A stretch of DNA of 63,259 bases, filler included, from Octopus bimaculoides (lineage: Eukaryota), in the NCBI RefSeq assembly GCF_001194135.2. It is 6 parts of 6 records of this genome, joined end to end, with 100 filler letters (N's around TTAATTAATTAA, not from the genome) between each part and the next. Parts side by side here need not be neighbours in the genome. Positions count along the whole stretch, not along the records: positions 13,847 to 32,451 come from NC_069001.1; 5 more parts are not named here. One strand, 5' to 3'. The notes below the pieces were generated by a model. The model was given only the letters and a program-made list of their open reading frames with translations, searched no databases and was not told the origin of the DNA. The first letter of the stretch is position 1. Every line of letters starts with the position of its first letter. This document shows, piece by piece, positions 13,847 through 24,845 of this stretch. A program made the translations under genes and the position numbers.

Positions 13847-14093
13847 GGTCGAACCAGAAATCCGCCTAAATTCCTTATTAAATAACTGGCTAAGATCCTT
13901 CGGTTAATATATAGTTTAACAGCCGGTCACCAAAAAAAAAAAAAAACAGTCAAATAGGTGTAAAAAAAAAGGGTAGAAAATGAATATGAAAATTTTTTTA
14001 CACCTATTAGATGGGTTCTTCTTTGTTTTGGTGACCGGGTGTTGAACTATATATTAACCGATCATTCATCGGCGATCGATTATAGTTTGACCC
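13847..14093. mobile_element. Fold-back (MITE-like) element, left end cut by a gap
   Basis: CGGTTAATATATAGTTTAACAGCCGGTCACCAAAA (13901) pairs with 14026-14060 with 2 mismatches; inner AATAGGTGTAAAAAA/TTTTTTACACCTATT; outer GGTCRAAC ends. Confidence 0.55.
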
Positions 14094-14894
14094 TAGATCA
14101 ATTCTGACTGAGCAAAACATTGAGTCTGGTGTGAAACTAAATTTATCCAACATTGTTGCAGATATACACGATCCATTATTTCTCTTCAATATTACACGTT
14201 ATTCCATCTTCGTTTTTGTTTAATGCTGTTTATAATTAAACACATTTAAGTTAGTATAATGCACAGGTCTATTCTTGTAATGCATGTTTTGGAATGGAAA
14301 CAATTTTCTCGTAGTAAACAGTATTGTATTTCCTTCTCAAAACATGGGGAACAGAATTATGCGATGTAACAATGTTTAAGAATGTGTATTACGGCGGAAA
14401 AAAAAAACCAATTTAGGTAACTTAGAAGTTATTAATTAAATACAGACCTAGGGCAAAAATAGGCATAACTACAGAGTTGGGTACAACTCTGTAGTTATGC
14501 CCAAAAATATATTAATTGTAAGATACAATAATATATAAGAATCGGCATAACTACAAATATGTAAATCCCAATATGAATGAATGAAATCAAAAAAGATTGA
14601 ATGAAGAGAACATTAAGAAAATATACCTCGTATAAACCAGATATTAAGTCACTGATGATAACATATGTTGTTAGTAAACACATATATGTCCTACAATGCA
14701 CTGTATAAATATGAGTACTTGTCTGTCAGTAAATTACGATTTCTACCGAAATGATAAAATAATTGTTTAGCAAAGACATTCCATAAACAATGTTAGATTA
14801 AACATCCGGTTGTACATGCGCATTATCAATAATAGTGGAAGCTGTCTTGTTGACATGTGAATGTGGCTTATTCATCTGTATGTACATTATATGC

Positions 14895-15245
14895 GTCGAG
14901 GCGCAATGGCCCAGTGGTTAGGGCAGCGGAGTCGCGGTTTCGATTCCCAGACCGGGCGTTGTGAGTGTTTATTGAGTGAAAACACCTAAAGCTCCACGAG
15001 GCTCCGGCAGGGGATGGTGGCGAACTCTGCTGTACTCTTTCACCACAACTTTCTCTTACTCTTACTTCTTGTTTCTGTTGTGCCTGTAATTCAAAAGGCC
15101 AGCCTTGTCACAATGTGTCACGCTGAATATCCCCGAGAACTACGTTAAGGGTACACGTGTCTGTGGAGTGCATGTTAATTTCACGAACAGGCTGTTCCGT
15201 TGATCGGATCAACTGGAACCCGCGACGGAGTGCCAACAACAACAT
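14895..15245 (+). mobile_element. tRNA-derived SINE family C with (AAC)n tail, internally deleted copy
   Basis: A-box TGGCCCAGTGG and B-box GGTTTCGATTCC; 10-bp TSD CATTATATGC at 14885-14894 and 15246-15255; homologous to 48083-48471 and 50018-50400. Confidence 0.85.
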
Positions 15246-15766
15246 CATTATATGCAACGCGTGCCTTCTTTTCCAGGATAAATGAATGTTTGTTTAATGT
15301 AAAATTAATTATTGATTATAAAATTAATTGATGATAACAAGCGACTTTTTATTTTGGTTTCGTCGAGTCAAAATGAAGGATCACCGATAATTTTAACTTT
15401 TTAAAATTTTCTCGTGATTTTTTTTTTTTTTTCCACTGGTTAGTGGTCGCCTGAATGAATTATGACCTCTGAATAGATACAGTATGCAGAAAACATTTGC
15501 TTCTGACTCCACAAGAGAACGCTTCTATACATGGGAATGAATTGAATTGGTCAGCAGCCGTTCTTAAAAGAAATGGCATTATCGACCGCTGTCTGTGAGG
15601 AATTAAAAAGATAAGAAAACTAGCCTACTGTTTTCTTGGGAGTAAACAGAGTAGGTAAAAACATAGCGAGTAAAGCAATTCTTTTTCCTGCTTACTTTCT
15701 TAACTGCTCTATTTAGGGGTCTACAGTCAAAACACTACCTCGTGCAATTTAATCATGTGACGACTA

Positions 15767-15900
15767 CCCAGAATACTCGATACCTTTTTATAGAGAAGAG
15801 GGGTCATATCAATCAACTTGATAAACTAATTTCTTTGGGCAATGACTAAACAAGACACAGCCCTTAAAATGAAAGACTAACCAGATTACAGTATGTCTGA
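15767..15900 (+). pseudogene. Remnant 3' tail of a deleted upstream ZNF unit
   Basis: Aligns by eye with 19378-19505, the decayed finger tail of ZNF copy 1 (shared GATACCTTTTTATA.AGAAGAG.GGTCATATCAA...GGCAATGACTAAACAAGACACAGCC.TTAAAATGAAAGACTAACCA). Confidence 0.6.
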
Positions 15901-15911
15901 AAATGACCTTG

Positions 15912-16311
15912 CTAAATAATCTTTTCTACTCTAGGCACAAGGCCCGAAATTTTGGGGGGAGGGTAGCCAGTCGATTAGATCGACCCCAGTACGCAAATGG
16001 TAGGTACTACTAAAGCAGCGCGGACCCGAACGCGCAGTCGCCCGTCCACGCTAGCTAGTCGTGAGTGGTCGATCCTAACCCTAACCCGTATTCATTTGCA
16101 CACGCGGGTTAGGGTTAGGATCGACCACTCAAGACTAGCTAGCGCGGACGGGTCCGCGCTGCTTTAGTAGTACCCAAATGGTACTTAGTTTACCGACCCC
16201 GAAGGGATGAAAGTCGACCTCGGCAGAATTTGAACTGAGAACGTAAAGACTGACGAAATACCGCTAAGCATTTCGCCCAGCGCGCTAACGTTTTAGCCAG
16301 CTTGCCGCCTT
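15912..16311 (-). mobile_element. tRNA-derived SINE family A (Nin/Deu-like core), interrupted by a MITE
   Basis: Reverse complement gives the GGCGGCAAGCTGGC..AACGTTAGCGCG head, a CTTTCATCCCTTCGGGGTCGGTAAACTAAGTACC core and a GGGCCTTGTGCCTAGAGTAGAAAAG tail. Confidence 0.8.
16003..16174. mobile_element. 172-bp palindromic MITE, 9-bp TSD, GG termini (Merlin- or Mutator-like), with inverted telomeric repeats in the centre
   Basis: 26-bp TIR GGTACTACTAAAGCAGCGCGGACCCG; TSD CAAATGGTA at 15994-16002 and 16175-16183; removing the element restores the host SINE; centre CCTAACCCTAACCCG...CGGGTTAGGGTTAGG. Confidence 0.85.
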
Positions 16312-16356
16312 AGCTTGGTAACAAATAATTCACAGAAGAAGTTTAGAAACGTAGAT

Positions 16357-16557
16357 TATAAGCTCTGAGCAGTTCTCTCCCCTTGAGGGAAAATTCCCCC
16401 TCCCTTTTAGTTCTATGCAAATTCTTTCTCTCTCGCTATTACTCACAAAGCAACTATAAGCTCTGAGTAGTTCTCTCCCCTTGAGGGAAAATTCCCCCTC
16501 CCTTTTAGTTCTATGCAAATTCTTTCTCTCTCGCTCTTACTCACAAAGCAACTATAA
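16357..16557 (+). repeat. 98-bp direct tandem repeat (2 copies plus a partial) upstream of the ZNF cluster
   Basis: Units 16357-16454 and 16455-16552 differ at two positions; a single related copy lies at about 24878-24930. Confidence 0.9.
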
Positions 16558-16596
16558 ATCCGAGTATCGACAATCGCCAGTTAGAATTCGGTAAGG
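16553..16596 (+). promoter_or_regulatory. Candidate non-coding first exon and 5' splice donor for the ZNF cluster
   Basis: CG|GTAAGG donor consensus at 16590/16591, downstream of the tandem repeat and upstream of a conserved acceptor at 17717. No transcript evidence. Confidence 0.35.
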
Positions 16597-17694
16597 AATT
16601 TCTCAGTTAATGAGTGTGTAGTAACAATACAAATGACGAGCGTTGTTCACTTCTTAATTACAGCTGTGATTTATACGAGGTATTTTTCTTCATTCGATTG
16701 TTTTTTCTATTCAATTTCACTTATGTAAATTTTGTGTAACGTAAAGAATTTCAGCGTAATTTCGAAGATGATGGGAACCTATAAAAACATGGTATTGTTA
16801 TGAAATAGTGAAATTAAAATTTACTTCCAACGTGATATTGCAGAGGTTACAAACATAAGTCCATCATTTCTGATGACACTTATACCTTATTGTATCATAC
16901 AATTAATATTGTTATCCCTAGATCTGTATTTAACTAATAACCTCTAAGTTACCTAAATTGCTTTTTTTTCTACACTACCGTAATGAACATTCTTTTACAG
17001 TGGAAGTATTGTAAATTAACTCTTAAACATTGCTACATCGCAAAATTCTGTTCCCTATGTTTTGAAAAGGAAATTAAATACTTTATACTACAAGGAAATA
17101 TGTTCATGTAGAAATACCACCCCCACCCCCCAATCCCAAAGGGGGTGCGGTCCATGATCTTTGCCTCCGCCCTGTATTCTACACACAGGAATCCATATGG
17201 TGATGAAAAATATTAAAAATGATTTTCAAATTTACAAACAAAATATTTTTCAAACTTTCGAGTTTTTCTTTAGAATTGGAGTTTGAAATGCAGACAGTAT
17301 GAATTTTTTGGTTACATCTCAGCCACAGATCGTTATGTTTATGTGGAGAAAGATATTGGTATACACCTATACGTCAGTGAAAAAGAAATGATAAAGGTAT
17401 CAGGTGGTCATAAGATGTGCTAAAAATAAAAGCTAAATAGCCCTTCAATCCCACAAACAGAATTTGTTTTGTTTTTTCTCTAATTCTCCTCTTTGAACAC
17501 AAATTTGCAAAAATTTTCAGAAAATTCCAAACTGTAAAAATATGAGGGATTCTATAGGGCTCTTAAACAAGACTTCCACCCACATTTTTTACAGCTCGTA
17601 TGTCGATGTAAATGTTTATATTTACACATTATCTCTATTGAAATATAATTTATTTTCCATCGTTGAATCTACATTTAAACATATTCTATATCTC

Positions 17695-17717
17695 ATACTG
17701 TTTCTCTATTATTTCAG
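17695..17717 (+). promoter_or_regulatory. 3' splice acceptor conserved before each ZNF ORF (also ending at 21300 and 25434)
   Basis: ATACTGTTTCTCTATTATTTCAG|AAATATCA is identical in all three units, about 340-355 nt upstream of each ATG. Confidence 0.6.
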
Positions 17718-18071
17718 AAATATCAAAATGACATTGGCTTAATAGTATTTATTAACTTAGATGTATCATTGATATTTATTGTCTTCCACAAAGTAAAAGA
17801 GGTTGTTACACAAAATGGATATATTCCCACTTCTATAAATCTGTGATAGAATTGGTGTGACAATTGTTGTTGTGACCTGAGACCATTAGCAAAATTTCTA
17901 TACTTCATTGCCTGGAACATCTTCAAGAGTTGGTTGCATTCCATTTTAACTTGGACATATTTACAAGGGAAGTTGCCGTATCAACAAAGGTCACGCTTTA
18001 TGGAAATATAGTCGTAGAAATACTTCAAACAATACCAGAACAAGAGACGAAGTTGACAGAAAAGAATAATT

Positions 18072-19271
18072 ATGGAAAATGAATTCTGTGAGGAACCAAT
18101 TGAAATTAAAACAAAGTCTGGCAGACTTGATTCTCCTGATGAGATTCAGAATGAGAGAGAAGAAAGATTATATTCCTGTGACATCTGTAAAAAGTCATTC
18201 TCTCAGAAAAGTCACCTAACTGATCACAAATATGTTCACACCAGAGAGAAATCATATCATTGTGATATCTGTGGTAAATCATTTTCTAGAAGTAGTTCCT
18301 TAATTACTCACAAACGTATTCATACGGGAGATAAGCCATACCATTGTGATATCTGTGGTAAATCATACTCTCAGATTGGTCACTTAAATACTCACAAATG
18401 TATTCATACAGGAGAGAAACCATATCATTGTGATATCTGTGGTAAATCACTCACTACAAGTGGTATGTTAACAAGTCACAAACGTATTCATACAGGAGAG
18501 AGACCATACCATTGTGATATCTGCGGTAAATCATTCTCTCACAGATCATCCTTAAGTACTCACAGAAGTGTCCATTCAGGTGAGAGACCATATCACTGTG
18601 AGATTTGTGGTAAATCATTCCCAGATAAAAGTAAATTAAGTAGACACATATATGTTCATACAGGAGAAAAACCCTATTGCTGTAATATCTGTGGTAAATC
18701 ATTCAGTCAAAATGTTGACTTAAATAAACACATACGGATCCATACAGGAGAAAAACCATATCACTGTGACATCTGTGGTAAATCTTGCTCTCAAAGTAGT
18801 GACTTAATTAAACATAAGCGTGTTCATACAGGGGAAAAGCCATATCATTGTGATATCTGTAGTAAATCGTTTTCTGATAGCAGTACCTTAATTCACCATA
18901 AACGAGTTCATACAGGAGAAAAACCGTTTCACTGTGATATCTGTGGTAAATCCTTCTCTAAAAGTAGTGACTTAACTAAGCATAAGCGTGTTCATACAGG
19001 AGAAAAACCATATCACTGTGATATCTGTGGTAAATGTTTCTCAAGAAATAGTGTCTTACTTATACATATGCGTATCCATACTGGAGAAAAGCCATATCAG
19101 TGTGATATCTGTGGTCAGTCATTCTCCAGGAATACAAGCTTAAATCTACACAAACATACTCATGCAGGTGAAAAACCATATCACTGTGTTCTCTGTGGAG
19201 AATCCTTCTCTCAAAGAAGTGGTTTATCTAGACACAAATATGTCCATAGAGCAGAGAAATTGTTTCTCTGA
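18072..19271 (+). CDS. C2H2 zinc-finger protein, 13 tandem fingers, short acidic leader (ZNF copy 1, 399 aa)
   Basis: Intact ORF with C-x2-C-x12-H-x3-H repeats and TGEKP-type linkers. No recognisable KRAB/ZAD/BTB domain. Ends in a frameshift at the start of a 14th finger. Confidence 0.93.
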   Translation: MENEFCEEPIEIKTKSGRLDSPDEIQNEREERLYSCDICKKSFSQKSHLTDHKYVHTREKSYHCDICGKSFSRSSSLITHKRIHTGDKPYHCDICGKSYSQIGHLNTHKCIHTGEKPYHCDICGKSLTTSGMLTSHKRIHTGERPYHCDICGKSFSHRSSLSTHRSVHSGERPYHCEICGKSFPDKSKLSRHIYVHTGEKPYCCNICGKSFSQNVDLNKHIRIHTGEKPYHCDICGKSCSQSSDLIKHKRVHTGEKPYHCDICSKSFSDSSTLIHHKRVHTGEKPFHCDICGKSFSKSSDLTKHKRVHTGEKPYHCDICGKCFSRNSVLLIHMRIHTGEKPYQCDICGQSFSRNTSLNLHKHTHAGEKPYHCVLCGESFSQRSGLSRHKYVHRAEKLFL

Positions 19272-20298
19272 TATTTGTGGCAAATCGTTCTCTAGAAATT
19301 TTCAGTGACTTGACACAGTCATCTTTATACACCGGAGTGACCATATCACGGATATATTTTTTGGCTGCTCCTCTGGACCATACTTGATACCTTTTTATAC
19401 AGAAGAGAGGTCATATCAACTTGATACACTAATTTCTTTAGGCAATGACTAAACAAGACACAGCCATTAAAATGAAAGACTAACCATACTACAGTAACAT
19501 CTGTAGACACAAAAGAGATAGCTATTCACAGAGGGGATGACAGGGGGCTGAGACTTGCAATTTGCTGTTTGGAAAGACATGAAGCTAGGTAAAAGCATGG
19601 TTGCCTTTGCATACAGTCTTGTCACTTACTACCCTCTCCAGCTGAGTATCCCTGATCTTGCTAGTTTGTCAGTGCTAGTGGCATGCAAAAGACACCTGTG
19701 CTGGTGCTGCATAAGGGTACCCAGCACACTCTGTAAAGTGGTTGGCAATAGGGATGGCATCCGGGTGTGGAAACCATGCCAAGACAGACAAATGCAGCCT
19801 GAACAGCCTTTCAGCTGGTGAGGTGCTGCCAAACCATTTAACTCTTGCCATCATGGAAAATGCACTTTAAATGATGATGAGCTGGTGATGTTACTAATTT
19901 TTGCACTTCAACTGATGGGTGATGTCATCAACACTGGTATGTCATAAGAGATATTGTGACAGTGTGGAGGTTGAGAGTCACATATATGTTTTGTTAATCA
20001 AGTATTTAGTTGCTGTCTCCTGTTCTTGTGGAGCAATTGAGATATGGTGTATATATTGCATGTCTAGGAGAGGTTTCTATTCCTTTTCATGTTGCTGGCA
20101 TTCTCTAAGGAGTGTATCCATGCATAACTTTCTGCCCATATGATGGTTATTTATCTTCTGAGTGTCCAACAAGTTTAGTCCAGCTCCTCTGTGTGTGTGT
20201 GTAGATATATAGATAGATAGATCTATATATTATATAGATATATCTATATATATATATATATATATGTATATAGATAGATACACATAAATAAATGACAA

Positions 20299-20341
<43 letters not shown>

Positions 20342-21642
20342 AGTTGTAATGTCTACTTTTCCATGCTTTCATGGGTCAGACAGAATTAATATTGTTATCC
20401 CTAGGTCTGTATTTAACTAATCTTTTAATTTTCCGAATTTGCATTTTTTTCTCTACCATAATGCACATTCTTTTACAGTTGAAGTATTGTTAATTAGCTT
20501 TTAATCATTGTTACATCGCAAAATTATAATCCGTAAGCTTTGAAAAAGAAATGAAATACTTTTTACTAGGAAATATTTTCCAAATACTTTTTTACTATGA
20601 GGAAATATTTTCCATTCCAAGGTATGTGTATTACAAGAATAGAACAATACATTATACTAACTTAAATGTGTTTAATTATAAACAACGTTAAAGAAAAGAA
20701 ATAAAGGTGGAATGACGTGTAATTTTAAGGAGAAATAACGGATCTAGTATGTCTGCAACGATGATTTTCCTCCATCTCAGTTAAGCAGTATTTCAAAGAT
20801 GATGGATGAGTTTCTGAACAGAAAGCCCCATGTCTACTATTTAACAAATAACATGACAGTGTTGCTGTAACCAGTGATATATGGACCTCACCTGTGATTC
20901 TTTGATGTAGTTTTAATAAAAGATGTAGGCGGGTTTATGGCTTAAACACCTCATAACTGCTCATAACTTTTTTATACGGACAGTATGAATTTTTTGTTTA
21001 AATCACAGTAAACAATCGTTAGATGTGTTTATGTGGAGGAAGTGTACGTCAGTAACAAAGAAACGAGAACAGTATCAGGTGGTTATAAGATGTGCTAAAA
21101 ATAACAGCTAAATGACACTTAAATCCCACAAAAACAATCTTTTTGCTTTTTTCCATAATATGAATTCATGTGTGTATAACATAAGCTTCAAATAGTTTTC
21201 GGAAACTTCCAAAATATATCACTATTGAAATGCATATTCTCTATCGTTAAATCTGTTTTAAATATCCCCTACATCTTATACTGTTTCTCTATTATTTCAG
21301 AAATATCACATGACACTGGCTTAATAGTATTTAACTTAGATGTATCTTTGATATTTATCATCTTTCACAAAGTGAAGAAATTTGCTACACAAAATGGATA
21401 TATTCCTGCATCTATAAATCTGTGATAGAATTGGTGTTACATAATTGTTGTTATGACTTAAGACCATTAGCAGAATTTCTCTACTTCACTGCCTGGAATA
21501 TCTTCAAGAGTTGATTGCTTTGTTTAAACTTGGACATATTTAGAAAGGAGGTTGTGGTATCTTAACACATCAATTGAAGTCACGCTTTATGGAAATATGG
21601 TTCTAGATATACAAGAGTTGAATTTGACAGAGAAGTAAAATT

Positions 21643-22674
21643 ATGGAAAATAAATTCTATGAGGAACCAATTCAAATTAAAATAGAGACTGAACGAGTTG
21701 ATTCTTGTGATGAGATTCAGAATGAGAGAGAAGAAAAATCATACTCCTGTGACATGTGTAAAAACTCATTCTCTCAGAAACACCACCTAAATGATCACAA
21801 ACGTATTCACACAGGAGAGAAGCCATATCATTGTGATATCTGTGGTAAGTCGTTCTCTACAAGTGGTACTTTAAGTACCCATAAACATATTCATACAAGA
21901 GAGAAACCATATCACTGTGATATCTGTGGTAAATCATTTTTCACAAGTAGTGCATTAAATACTCACACACGTATTCATACAGGAGAAAAACCATATCATT
22001 GTGATATCTGTGGTAAAAAATTCTCTTACAGATCGTCCATAAGTAAACACAGAAGTATTCATACAGGAGAGAGACCATGCCACTGTCAGATTTGTGGTAA
22101 ATCATTCTCAGATAAAAGTAAATTACAAAGACACATATATATTCATACAGGAGAAAAACCCCATTGCTGTAATATATGTGGCAAATCATTCTCTCAAAAG
22201 AATGACTTAAATAAACACATACGGATCCATACAGGTGAAAAACCATATCACTGTGATATCTGTGGTAAATCTTGCTCTCAAAGTAGTGATTTAATTAAAC
22301 ATAAGCGTGTTCATACAGGAGAGAAACCATATCAGTGTGATATCTGTAGCAAGTCATTCTCTGAAAGCACTGCCTTACATATACATCGACGTATTCATAC
22401 AGGAGAGAAGCCGTATCAGTGTGATATCTGTGGCAAATCATTCTCTCATACATCTCCCCTAATTAAACACAGACATACCCACACAGGGGAGAGACCATAC
22501 CACTGTGAGATTTGTGGTAAATCACTCACTACAAGTGGAAGGTTAAATAGTCACAAACGTATTCATACAGGAGAGAAACCATATTGTTGTAGTATCTGTG
22601 GTAAATTCTTTTCCACAAGTACTGCATTAAAGACTCACAAACGTATTCATTTAGGAGACGAACCATATCACTGA
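21643..22674 (+). CDS. C2H2 zinc-finger protein, 11 fingers (ZNF copy 2, 343 aa)
   Basis: Intact ORF; leader homologous to copy 1; the stop falls at the first Cys position of a 12th finger (CAC TGA CATTTGTGG). Confidence 0.9.
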   Translation: MENKFYEEPIQIKIETERVDSCDEIQNEREEKSYSCDMCKNSFSQKHHLNDHKRIHTGEKPYHCDICGKSFSTSGTLSTHKHIHTREKPYHCDICGKSFFTSSALNTHTRIHTGEKPYHCDICGKKFSYRSSISKHRSIHTGERPCHCQICGKSFSDKSKLQRHIYIHTGEKPHCCNICGKSFSQKNDLNKHIRIHTGEKPYHCDICGKSCSQSSDLIKHKRVHTGEKPYQCDICSKSFSESTALHIHRRIHTGEKPYQCDICGKSFSHTSPLIKHRHTHTGERPYHCEICGKSLTTSGRLNSHKRIHTGEKPYCCSICGKFFSTSTALKTHKRIHLGDEPYH

Positions 22675-23965
22675 CATTTGTGGTAAATCATTCTCTACGA
22701 ATTGTAACTTATGTAGCCACATATTTATTCATGCTGGAGAGAGACCATATCATAGTTATATCTGTGGTAAATCCTTCTCTCACATATCGTCCTTAAGTAA
22801 ACACATAAGTATCTACACAGGAGAGAGACCATGCTGCTGTGAGATTTGTGGTAAATCATTCTCAGATAAAAGCAAATTACAGAGACACATGTATGTTCAT
22901 ACAGGAGAAAAATCGGATCTTTTTTAAAACGGGGGCCACATTTTTCATTAATGTTTTACGTAGTGCTTTTGGTACCGAAAGACTTTCAAACTTCGTATAC
23001 TTATCTATTTTGTGTTATAGAACAGAAAAATATTTTTGTATTCGAATTTATTTTATGTAAAAAATTGTCTTATTTCGATAATTTCAACCAATCACTGACG
23101 TCCATTCAGCCGATATACATTAAGTGCCGACTACATAAACAAACGATTCTTTGTTTTATTTGCTTTTTTCATTTTAAATTTGCTTTAACCCTAACCCTAA
23201 CCCTAACCCTAACTCTAACCCTAGGGTTAGGGTTAGAGTTAGGGTTAGGGTTAATTGTTTCAGAATCGTTTGTTTATGTAGTCGGCACTTAATGTATATC
23301 GGCTGAATGGACGTCAGTGATTGGTTGAAATTACAGAAATACGACAACTTTAACATGGAATAATTTATGGATTTCTTTTTTTTTTAAGAAGACTAAGAGA
23401 AAAAGATGTTTTATACGACACATTCTACCAGTGATCCAAGTTTCAAAGTGTTTCGTTAATGAAAAATGTGGCCCCCGTTTTAAAAAAGATCCGAAAAATC
23501 CTATTGCTAAAATCTGAAGCAAATCATTCAGTCTAAAGGATGATTTAAATAAGCATATACGAATTCATACAGGTGAAAAGCCATATTTGTAGTAAATCTT
23601 GCTCTCAACTGGTGACTTGATTAAACATAAGTGTGTTCACACAGGAGAGGGTGATATCTGTGGCAAGTCTTCCTCTGAAGGTAGTGCCCTACATAAACCT
23701 AGCCGTATTCATACAAGAGACACACCTTATCACTGTTATTAGTGTGATATCTACAATTTATTCTCTAGGAGTACAAGCTTAGCTCAACACAAACATACAC
23801 ATACAAGTGAGAAACCATGTCACTGTGTTCTCTGTGGAGAATCATTCTCTCAAAGTGGTAAATCGTCTAGTCATGAACATGTTCGTATAGCAGAGAAGCT
23901 GTTTATCTGTGATATTTGTGGTAAATCATTCTCTAGAAATTTTCACTTAACTACAAACAAAATGG
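22675..23965 (+). pseudogene. Decayed zinc-finger tail of copy 2, interrupted by a MITE
   Basis: Continuing TGTGGTAAATCATTCTC / CATACAGGAGA finger units with frameshifts and stops; paralogous to 27231-28434. Confidence 0.85.
22915..23492. mobile_element. 578-bp fold-back MITE, 37-bp perfect TIR, 8-bp TSD, GG termini (Merlin-like), central head-to-head TTAGGG array
   Basis: TIR GGATCTTTTTTAAAACGGGGGCCACATTTTTCATTAA; TSD GAAAAATC at 22907-22914 and 23493-23500; empty paralogous site in the copy-3 tail at about 27605-27613; 72-bp perfect inner inverted repeat 23079-23150 / 23262-23333. Confidence 0.9.
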
Positions 23966-24644
23966 AGGAGTGAATGTCTTACAGAAATATTCTTTTGGCT
24001 ACTACTTCGCTGGAACATCCAGCAAATCTATTCACAGAGAAGATGAGCGGTATCAACTTGAGGATTGGTGACACGAAAGGTATATGACTGTAGGAAATTT
24101 GCATCACTAAATTGTTTGACCCATGCAGGCATAGAAACATAGACATACTTTCACAGTAGGCTGCAAACAAACCAACTCCATCAGAGAGGCCATTGGTCAC
24201 AAGCAGTGAATGCACATTCAAACAGGGTCAATTTGAACTTAATCGCTTAGACACGTTTTTTTCTCATTCTCCCTCCATTTCTTTTCCTTTTAATCCTTTG
24301 TATTGAAGAGCATAGACTCAAAACGTCAGACTTTTCCAGGCATCTTCCACAAATAAATCAAACCAAAAAAATCACATTATTTGTTTTTTTCTTTAATTTC
24401 ATTTCTGTTGTTGATATAAAAACTAATACTTTTGTTTTTATTATCTCCATGTTGAAAGCCTTTAATTAGTATTCATAGAGAAATATTACACAAATATAAT
24501 GATGGTTATTGTGTTACTGCCAAAAGGAAGCAACTGTTTCAGCAATATTGCCATACAGATTATTTGGACAGAGAGGCAAGAAATGATTTATGTGAGAGCT
24601 ATAAGAGTGATAGTTGCAATATTAATAGCAATATTAGGACGGTG

Positions 24645-24845
24645 AGCTGGCAGAATTGTTAGTATGCCAGGCAAAATGCTTAGTGGCATTTCGTCCATCT
24701 TTACATTCTGAATCGATATTCCACCGATGTCACCTTCGCCTTTCATCCTTTCAGAGTTGATAAAATAAGTACCAGTTTAGCACAGGGGTTGATGTAATTG
24801 ACTTGCACCCACTGTCCTTGTGCCAAACTTTGAAACCAATATAAA
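24645..24845 (+). mobile_element. SINE family A copy carried inside the ZNF segmental duplication (paralogue at about 29757-29965)
   Basis: GAGCTGGCAGAATTGTTAGTATGCCAGGC head and GCCTTTCATCCTTTCAGAGTTGATAAAATAAGTACC core; both copies have matching flanks. Confidence 0.75.

Noticed and set aside
14895-14960. tRNA-like sequences with A and B boxes (also about 48410-48471 and 50018-50090)
   Set aside because: They are SINE heads continuing into a shared body with TSDs, not tRNA genes.
16357-16557. Direct repeats as a CRISPR-like array (also the 84-nt ZNF periodicity and the 37634 minisatellite)
   Set aside because: No unique spacers and no cas genes; eukaryotic tandem duplications.
18454-18702. 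Antisense ORFs over the ZNF genes (also 21941-22246, 25988-26338, 27358-27817)
   Set aside because: Shadow frames of the periodic finger codons.
23185-23254. Chromosome end-to-end fusion site
   Set aside because: The inverted TTAGGG array lies inside an element with TIRs, a TSD and an empty paralogous site, so it arrived by transposition and does not mark a fusion at this locus.
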